From Acetobacterales bacterium (GTDB lineage: Bacteria; Pseudomonadota; Alphaproteobacteria; Acetobacterales; Acetobacteraceae): 50,337 nucleotides of DNA. The notes below the pieces were generated by a model that saw only the letters and a program-made list of their open reading frames with translations, searched no databases and had not been told where the DNA came from. Below are positions 39,148-45,610 of this stretch, piece by piece. The stretch is from contig JBBROR010000001.1 in NCBI GenBank assembly GCA_038229175.1, forward strand, positions 1 to 50,337. Direction: 5' to 3'. A program made the translations under genes and the position numbers. Positions within the stretch are counted from its first letter, which is position 1. Every line of letters begins with the position of its first letter.

Positions 39148-40587
39148 ATGAGCGACGAGAATCAAAGAATCGACCCTGCCTTGCTGGGCGACGCGAACCC
39201 GGCCGGCTTGAATCCCAATGACGCCGTTAACGGCGGCATGGAGATTTCGGGACGGCCACGCGGCATCAAGAAAATCAACAAGAAGGGCATCATCATCGGC
39301 GCGGCCATCATCGGCGCCGCCGCCATCGTGGCCACGACGACCTTCAACGGCACCAGCGGCGCCGCTGCCGACGCGGCGCGGGCAGCTGCCACCGGCCAGA
39401 GCAAATCCAAGCCGACCGACGTAAGCAAGGGGGCGCTGTGGTACGCCAACATGCCCGACAAGGTGGTGGCAGCGGACCAGGCGCCGGATGCGCCGGCGCC
39501 GAACGGACCAAACACCGCCGGCACCGTCGCGGCGCCAGGCCTGCCAGGCGACCCTGCAGTGCCGGACCTGACCGGCAAGGCGGTCAATCCGATGATGGCG
39601 GCCACGGCCGGCAAAACCAGCGCCGTCGCGTATCGACCAGGAGCGGCCGGCGCAGCTGGCGCCGCACCTGGCGCCGCGCCAGCGCCGCCGCCGACACCGG
39701 CGGAACAGCAAGCCGCGATGCTGGAAAAGCAGAGGCAGCAGGACATGGACTCGGCCATGAAGTCCACGCTGGCCGCACCAGGTTTCGGGGAGAAGAACCA
39801 GAACCAGCCGCAGCCGAACCCAACAGCGGCCGCCCTGGCAGCACTCGGGGCACGCGCCGGCGGTTCGCCCGTCCCATTCGGCATGCCGGCGCCGAGGGAG
39901 GACGACCCGAACAAGCAGGAGCGTAAAGACAGCTTCCTGAAGGGACAGCGCGACGCCACCGACACCGACTACAGCCCGAGCGCGAAGAACGCGGCACGCT
40001 CGCAGTACGAGGTCAAGGCCGGCAGCATCATCCCGGCCGTAATGATCGGTGGCATCAACAGCGATCTACCTGGCCAGGTCATCGCCCAGGTCAAGGATAA
40101 CGTCTACGACAGCAAAACCGGCCAGTATTTGCTGATACCGCAAGGTTCGCGCCTGGTCGGTCTGTACGATTCGCATGTGGCATACGGACAACGCCGCATC
40201 TTGCTTGCCTGGAACAGGATCATCTATCCCGATGGGTCCAGTTTCAATTTAAAGGGCATGCCTGGTGCGGATAAGTCCGGTTATGCTGGATTTTCTGACC
40301 AAGTGGACAACCACTACCTTAGAATATTCGGATCGGCGGCCCTGATGAGTTTAATTAGCGCCGGCGTACAGCTGTCGCAGCCGGCCAATAGTGGCAGCGG
40401 CAATAATTCAAACACTCCGAGCGTGAGCCAGACAGTCGGCGCGGCGCTCGGCCAGCAGATTGGACAAACCGCCATGAGCATCACGCAAAAGAACCTTGCA
40501 ATTCAACCAACCCTGGAAGTTCGCCCCGGCTATCTATTCAATGTCATGGTCACTGCCGACATGATCTTGCCGCCGGCAAGCAAATGA
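39148..40587 (+). CDS. trbI: VirB10/TrbI, 479 aa
   Basis: TM segment, Pro/Ala-rich linker and a conserved C-terminal block GSIIPAVMIGGINSDLPGQVIAQV...LLAWNRIIYPDGSSFNL. Confidence 0.9.
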   Translation: MSDENQRIDPALLGDANPAGLNPNDAVNGGMEISGRPRGIKKINKKGIIIGAAIIGAAAIVATTTFNGTSGAAADAARAAATGQSKSKPTDVSKGALWYANMPDKVVAADQAPDAPAPNGPNTAGTVAAPGLPGDPAVPDLTGKAVNPMMAATAGKTSAVAYRPGAAGAAGAAPGAAPAPPPTPAEQQAAMLEKQRQQDMDSAMKSTLAAPGFGEKNQNQPQPNPTAAALAALGARAGGSPVPFGMPAPREDDPNKQERKDSFLKGQRDATDTDYSPSAKNAARSQYEVKAGSIIPAVMIGGINSDLPGQVIAQVKDNVYDSKTGQYLLIPQGSRLVGLYDSHVAYGQRRILLAWNRIIYPDGSSFNLKGMPGADKSGYAGFSDQVDNHYLRIFGSAALMSLISAGVQLSQPANSGSGNNSNTPSVSQTVGAALGQQIGQTAMSITQKNLAIQPTLEVRPGYLFNVMVTADMILPPASK

Positions 40588-41003
40588 AATACGTTTTCAG
40601 GATAACAACAGACGTAAAGGCAAAGCTCGATGCGGTAGCGCCCCCAAAGGCGCATCGCCGTTCGGGCTTTGTCCGGGAAGCACTTGTAAGTTTTCTCAGC
40701 AAGCCAAAACAGCCGCTTGTTGACCGGCCGCACCTACGCGGCCGGAAGAAAACTTACATCGAGGTCTGTGCCATCCTGAACCAGGACGAATTGCAAGCTA
40801 TAAAGGCGGTGTACTCGGATGTTTCGGTTTCTGTAGTCATTCAAGCGGCTGTTGCTTCCGAGCTAAGGAAGGCTCGGTATAAAATGGTCGGTTTGCAAGA
40901 TACGAAACCGGACGATACCGATGCCACCGAAAAGAACACCGATGCTAACCAGAGTTCCAGACGCGATGCGCGAGAGTTTAAAGCTTCTAGCTGTCAACCC
41001 TGA
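40584..41003 (+). CDS. Tandem ribbon-helix-helix-like protein, 139 aa
   Basis: ATGA overlap with trbI. FRITTDVKAKLDAVA...GFVREALVSFL plus a second RHH-like segment. Locally lower GC. Confidence 0.5.
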   Translation: MKYVFRITTDVKAKLDAVAPPKAHRRSGFVREALVSFLSKPKQPLVDRPHLRGRKKTYIEVCAILNQDELQAIKAVYSDVSVSVVIQAAVASELRKARYKMVGLQDTKPDDTDATEKNTDANQSSRRDAREFKASSCQP

Positions 41004-41271
41004 GCATGGAAATCTTCGCATCATGTGCGAGCACCTTTTAGAGCGATTTATCACGGAAAAGCCCTATCGACATAGGGCTTTTTCTTGGCACCAGCCGGCG
41101 CCACGCGGGACACCACACTGGAAAGCCTACAACGTGGTAGTCAGCGATGAGCTGTCGGAGCGCGTCAAGGCAGAAGCAGCGCGCCATGACGTGAGCCTGA
41201 CGAATCTGCTGTATACGGCCCTCATGTGGTGGGCGGACCTGCACAGGACGACCCAAGACCCTACAGATTGA
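40921..41271 (+). CDS. Tandem ribbon-helix-helix protein, 116 aa (start uncertain; overlaps the preceding ORF in another frame)
   Basis: TRVPDAMRESLKLLAV...MCEHLLERFI and YNVVVSDELSERVKAEAARHDVSLTNLLYTALMWW. Confidence 0.55.
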   Translation: MPPKRTPMLTRVPDAMRESLKLLAVNPEHGNLRIMCEHLLERFITEKPYRHRAFSWHQPAPRGTPHWKAYNVVVSDELSERVKAEAARHDVSLTNLLYTALMWWADLHRTTQDPTD

Positions 41272-41282
41272 GAGACAAGAAC

Positions 41283-41987
41283 ATGCTTCCTGACCTGACT
41301 GCGATGCTGCAGCAATGCGCCCCGAATGTGGGGCCGGTAACAATGATGGCCATCATCAAAACGGAATCCGCCGGCCATCCGTTCATCCTGGCCGACGCCG
41401 GCCCAGGGAAATTGCCGTGGAGCGAACGCAAACACCTGGTGCGAACCCTGCGCCCGCAAAGCGCCGCCGCAGCCGCCGCCATGGTCAAAGACCTGGTAAG
41501 CGACGGCCACATTGTGGCCATTGGCCTTACTCAGGTGAACGTGCGCAACCTCCCGGCCCTGGGCCTGACGGTCGAGCAGGTTCTGGACCCCTGCACGAAC
41601 ATTGCCACCGGCGCCCGAATACTGACGGACTTCTACAGCAGCGCCTTGAAGACCCTGGGCACCAGCGACAAGCAGGCCGCGCTGCAGGCCGCCTTGTCTG
41701 CCTACTGGTCCGGCGACTTCCGGCGCGGCTTCGAGGGCGGCTACGTCGAACAGGTCATCAAGAACGCCGGTCTGGCCGTCGAGCTGAAAGTACCCAGCCT
41801 GGCGGTCGGGACCGTCCTGCGCACGCCCACCGGGCGTATCAAGGTCGGCCGGGAGTACCAGCTGACCGCCTACGCATCGGCGCTCGATGTCAGGCACAGC
41901 GGCGCACAAGCTGGTTCGCTCCAAAAAGTATCATTCGACCCCCGATCCGCGCCACTGGCAGCGGCCGGATTCGGCCCAGGCGAATAA
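41283..41987 (+). CDS. VirB1-like lytic transglycosylase (SLT domain), 234 aa
   Basis: Catalytic-Glu motif MMAIIKTESAGHPF, followed by GLTQVN and YWSG. Confidence 0.8.
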   Translation: MLPDLTAMLQQCAPNVGPVTMMAIIKTESAGHPFILADAGPGKLPWSERKHLVRTLRPQSAAAAAAMVKDLVSDGHIVAIGLTQVNVRNLPALGLTVEQVLDPCTNIATGARILTDFYSSALKTLGTSDKQAALQAALSAYWSGDFRRGFEGGYVEQVIKNAGLAVELKVPSLAVGTVLRTPTGRIKVGREYQLTAYASALDVRHSGAQAGSLQKVSFDPRSAPLAAAGFGPGE

Positions 41988-42065
41988 CTGTCCCGCCCAG
42001 CGTTGTTTGTTTGTGAAAACACATACACGCGAGGGGCAGACAAACAAACACGGCCCCGGCCGGCG
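41988..42065 (+). repeat. Structured intergenic repeat, copy C of 3
   Basis: ctgtcccgcccagcgTTGTTTGTTTGTGAAAACACATACACgcgaggggcagACAAACAAACAcggccccggccggcg. It starts at the base after the transglycosylase stop codon. Confidence 0.85.
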
Positions 42066-42149
42066 AGGGCAACCAGGTCGAGCCGGTACTGTTGCAGATC
42101 GAGCAGCTTCAGGAGGATCGGCCTATAATTGAAATAAAGGAGAAATTCC

Positions 42150-42350
42150 ATGAAGAATTTAGAAAATCTGATACTCGGCGCCGACTTCCGCCAGGGCGCG
42201 AAAGACGCAGTACAAGAGGCCGTCAATGCGGCCAATGCGAAGGGCTTGCCCAAAGCTTACGAGCCGGATTTCTCCCAGGCTAAAGCCCAAGCCGTTGACG
42301 CTCCCCAGGCAGGAACCGCCCAGGAAAAAAAGCCGATGCGCGCAGCATGA
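42150..42350 (+). CDS. Small protein, 66 aa, translationally coupled to the zeta-like kinase (putative antitoxin/partner)
   Basis: AAGGAG SD. ATGA overlap with the downstream gene. No family recognised. Confidence 0.5.
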   Translation: MKNLENLILGADFRQGAKDAVQEAVNAANAKGLPKAYEPDFSQAKAQAVDAPQAGTAQEKKPMRAA

Positions 42351-43273
42351 CGCAAGAGGTCGATGCGCGCGACGCTCCCAGCGTTATTGTTTTTGCAGGC
42401 CCCAACGGTTCCGGTAAATCTACCATTACCAAAGCACTGACCAGGACAGACTTCAAAGGCGAGTACATCAACGCCGACGACATAGCGAAGTCCCTCGAAT
42501 CCCAAATTCCCGATTACCTGCAGCGCAACCTGGCCGCCGCCACCATGGCGGAACAGCGCCGCATTGCCGCCATGAAGGAGGGCAAGGCCTTCGCCTTTGA
42601 AACGGTCATGTCCACGCCCGAGAAGGTGGCGATCATGACCCAGGCCAAGGCCGCCGGCTACGGCGTCGCCCTGGTATTCGTCACCACCGGCGATCCCGAC
42701 ATAAACATTCAGCGCGTATCAAACCGCGTCGCCCTGGGCGGGCACGACGTGGACCCTGTAAAGATTCGGGAACGCTATCACGGCACCATGGGATTGCTGC
42801 CGGCCGCAGTCGAGCATGCCGACGTGGCCACGATCTACGACAACACGCGAGAAATGCCCCTGCAGGTGGCGATCAAGCGCGACAACCAGCTGCAGCTGCA
42901 CAACGACGCGGCCCGCACGCCCTGGGTCGCCGAAAAGCTGGTAAAGCCCTACGTCGAGCGCATGGCGTCGCGCCGTGAGCTTGAAAAGACCTTCGACACC
43001 CTGGCGCTCACCAACCCGTCATCGCTGCCCTCGGTCCTGCGCGACGCGGACGCCAGCCACGGCAAGCAGTACGGCGGCCAGATCGTCGGGCTGACCGACA
43101 AGCACGCGCTGCAGAAAGTGGGCGCAAACGTCTTCGTGCTGCACGACCGTTCCCTGATGGCGCCGAAGGAGCTGCAGGTAGGGAAGCAGGCCACGATCCA
43201 GTATGCCTACTCGAAGGGCAAGATCATCGACCCCGCCCTGGTCAAGCAGCCGACCCGTGGCATCGAGCGCTAA
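42347..43273 (+). CDS. Zeta-toxin-like / COG4185-type P-loop kinase with a C-terminal beta module, 308 aa
   Basis: VIVFAGPNGSGKSTI...INADDIA, FETVMST, RVALGGHDV. The C-terminal GGQIVGLTDKHALQKVGANVFVLHDRSLM...VGKQATIQY is similar to modules in the primase and relaxase. Confidence 0.7.
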   Translation: MTQEVDARDAPSVIVFAGPNGSGKSTITKALTRTDFKGEYINADDIAKSLESQIPDYLQRNLAAATMAEQRRIAAMKEGKAFAFETVMSTPEKVAIMTQAKAAGYGVALVFVTTGDPDINIQRVSNRVALGGHDVDPVKIRERYHGTMGLLPAAVEHADVATIYDNTREMPLQVAIKRDNQLQLHNDAARTPWVAEKLVKPYVERMASRRELEKTFDTLALTNPSSLPSVLRDADASHGKQYGGQIVGLTDKHALQKVGANVFVLHDRSLMAPKELQVGKQATIQYAYSKGKIIDPALVKQPTRGIER

Positions 43274-43376
43274 CCGCGCTCCCGCCTCACCCTTGGCGTA
43301 AATCGGCGCTGTGACGCGCCAGGAGGCACCGCCAGGGCGCCCGCGCAAACCGGACGTGCAAACACCCCCGCCCAAA

Positions 43377-43402
43377 GAAAAAGGCCCCTCGGGGCCTTTT
43401 TC
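43377..43402. terminator. Bidirectional intrinsic terminator
   Basis: gaaaaaggcccc-tc-ggggcctttttc: GC stem flanked by an A-run and a T-run, between convergent genes. Confidence 0.75.
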
Positions 43403-43423
43403 ACTGACTGGCGGATGCCAGGT

Positions 43424-43846
43424 TCATACGTCGCCGGGGAATTTGTCTCGGAAGTCGATCAGCCCCACGATCAAACCGTGTTCCTTCTCGAAAGAATTGA
43501 TGCTGGCCAGCGTCTCCCGGCGTCCCTCGCGGGCCTGGGTGACGCCGGCAACCTGTTCGGCCGCCGCCTCGGCCCCGTACAGCTTCACCCTGGCGTCGTA
43601 CCCCTCGACTTGCACCGGCGTTGATTCCGTCAGCGCCTTTTGCGCCGCATCGAGCGCCGCGTAGGCGGCATGATCCGCCGCCCTCAGCTCCTGGTACTTG
43701 GCCACCAGCTGGCCGCGCTCTTCCTTGGTGTAAAACTCATCAGCCAGAGCCAGCAGCGCCAAGATCGAGAGCGGGGAGCTGATCTTCTTGGCGGCCTCGG
43801 TCACGGCTTTTTGCAACGCATCGAGCGCTCTTTCATCCATGCCCAT
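43424..43846 (-). CDS. Hypothetical helical protein, 140 aa
   Basis: ORF at the end of the traG operon. Confidence 0.5.
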   Translation of the reverse strand: MGMDERALDALQKAVTEAAKKISSPLSILALLALADEFYTKEERGQLVAKYQELRAADHAAYAALDAAQKALTESTPVQVEGYDARVKLYGAEAAAEQVAGVTQAREGRRETLASINSFEKEHGLIVGLIDFRDKFPGDV

Positions 43847-43850
43847 CCCC

Positions 43851-44378
43851 TTAGTGGCTTTCCAGGGCGACGAGCGCCTGGTAGTCTTTGATCGAGACGC
43901 GCTGACCGCCCGTTTTGCCCTGGGTGAAGCTGTCGTACTTGCAGTTATTGGTCCCCATCTTTACCTGCATTTGGTAATTGCTTTCGAGGGGCAGGGCGGC
44001 GGTACTGATGAGCTTGTTTTTGAACAGCTGGGCATTGGCCTGCAGGCGGGCATCTTTCGGATTGCTCTGCGCGGCCAGGCGATGCATCAAGGCCCGATCC
44101 CGGACCTGTTGATTCCAGCCGGTGATGTAGCCGACCTTCACCCCGTCATTGAAGGCGATCATGTCGCACAGGCCCGCCGGCGTCTCCACCATGATCGTCG
44201 GCTGGTAGCCGGTGTCATCGCCCAGCTTCATCGAGGCCGAGCTGGTCGACGAGCTGGCGACCGATCCCCGGCCGGCCAGCGCGCCGTTTGCCTGGCGCAG
44301 CGAGTCGTTAATGTTTCGTAAATCCGACGCGCAGCCGGACAGCGCAGCAACCATACCAATCAAAATCAACTTCCGCAT
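43851..44378 (-). CDS. Lipoprotein, 175 aa
   Basis: MRKLILIGMVAALSGCAS lipobox. Confidence 0.65.
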   Translation of the reverse strand: MRKLILIGMVAALSGCASDLRNINDSLRQANGALAGRGSVASSSTSSASMKLGDDTGYQPTIMVETPAGLCDMIAFNDGVKVGYITGWNQQVRDRALMHRLAAQSNPKDARLQANAQLFKNKLISTAALPLESNYQMQVKMGTNNCKYDSFTQGKTGGQRVSIKDYQALVALESH

Positions 44379-44428
44379 GCCTCACTCCTTCAAAAAGCGA
44401 CGCTGCCGGCACAAGCGCCGGCAGACCG

Positions 44429-45610
44429 TCAAAGATTCGCTGCCCGCACGACGGGCACCGCAAACAATCGCCCCCACGCATCCAGGGATTGCCCCTGGAT
44501 CGCGGGGATACTCGTATTGCGCGCCCACCAGCCGTTAGCCGCCCCCACGATGACTTCGGGCGACTGCAGCATGCTCGCCATCATCGGCCAGACCAGCAGC
44601 TGCTCGTAGCAGACGCTGTATGCTACCCGGCGGCCGGCCACTTGGGCGACACCGCTGCCCAGCAGATCGACCGCGAAAGTGTCGTCCCGCCACGGCTTCC
44701 ACATACCGATCGGCACCGGAATGCGCTGGACCAGCTCCACCCTTTGGCCGGCGCCAAGCACCACCAGGGCGTTTTTCAGACGCTGGCCAGGCGTGTGCAG
44801 CTCGGCGCCCACCACAATCGTGCTGCGCTTGCGCGCCAGGACGTTCGCGGCATCGTCCAGCATCGAGGCGGTGAACGTGTTGGCCGCGCTCAGCTGGGGA
44901 AGCACAGTTTCGGGCAGCACCAGGACGTGCCCAGGTTTGACCTGGCCGGCCAGGTGCAGCACTTGCATGACGCGCTGGCCCTCCCCGAAGATATCGAGAT
45001 TGGCCGTTTGGAGCCTCGGAAAGTGGGTATCCTGCCCGGTCCAGGCGGTCGCCCATGCCGGCGCATTCTTTGGCCAGAAAGCCGCACTGGCGTTCGCCAC
45101 GAGCGCGGCGCCGGCGAACATAGCCACAGCCGGCCAGCGGCCGCGCATCGAGGCGGCCATCAGGCCGACCAGGAAGGCCAGGCCGATGAAGCCCATGCCA
45201 GGGTAGAAAATGCCCGCCGCATTGAGCGGGCTAGTCCACCCGATTATGCCGATTGGAGGCACCGCGGTTAAGACCAGGATCGCCGGCATGAGCCAAATAC
45301 GGCGGCCGGCGTCCCTGTTCCACAGCGCGCACCAGAGCGCGGCATTGGCCAGGCCGCACGCGACCCACAGCGCCCAGCCGTACCAGGTGGGCGCGCTGGC
45401 CTCGAAGAAGATACCGAACCCGAACGGCATGCCCCGGCTGGTGGCCAGGTAATAGGCCAGGACGACGGCGCCCGCCGTCCACCTGTTGCCGGCCCGATGC
45501 CAGAGCAGGGGCACCACGACGGCCAGGCCCATGAGCCAGGGGGCGCCCTCATGGCCCCATGCGAGGCCGCACAAAGCGGCCGCGCCGATCAGCACCAGGT
45601 CAAGCCTCAT
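44429..45610 (-). CDS. traB: TraB-like polytopic membrane protein with an Lnt/carbon-nitrogen-hydrolase-like C-terminal domain, 393 aa from ATG 45610
   Basis: ATGA overlap with the topoisomerase stop. 6-7 TM segments, then VLVLPE...VVGA...AYSVCYEQLL (nitrilase-superfamily CYE motif). The track ORF extension to 45925 was rejected. Confidence 0.65.
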   Translation of the reverse strand: MRLDLVLIGAAALCGLAWGHEGAPWLMGLAVVVPLLWHRAGNRWTAGAVVLAYYLATSRGMPFGFGIFFEASAPTWYGWALWVACGLANAALWCALWNRDAGRRIWLMPAILVLTAVPPIGIIGWTSPLNAAGIFYPGMGFIGLAFLVGLMAASMRGRWPAVAMFAGAALVANASAAFWPKNAPAWATAWTGQDTHFPRLQTANLDIFGEGQRVMQVLHLAGQVKPGHVLVLPETVLPQLSAANTFTASMLDDAANVLARKRSTIVVGAELHTPGQRLKNALVVLGAGQRVELVQRIPVPIGMWKPWRDDTFAVDLLGSGVAQVAGRRVAYSVCYEQLLVWPMMASMLQSPEVIVGAANGWWARNTSIPAIQGQSLDAWGRLFAVPVVRAANL

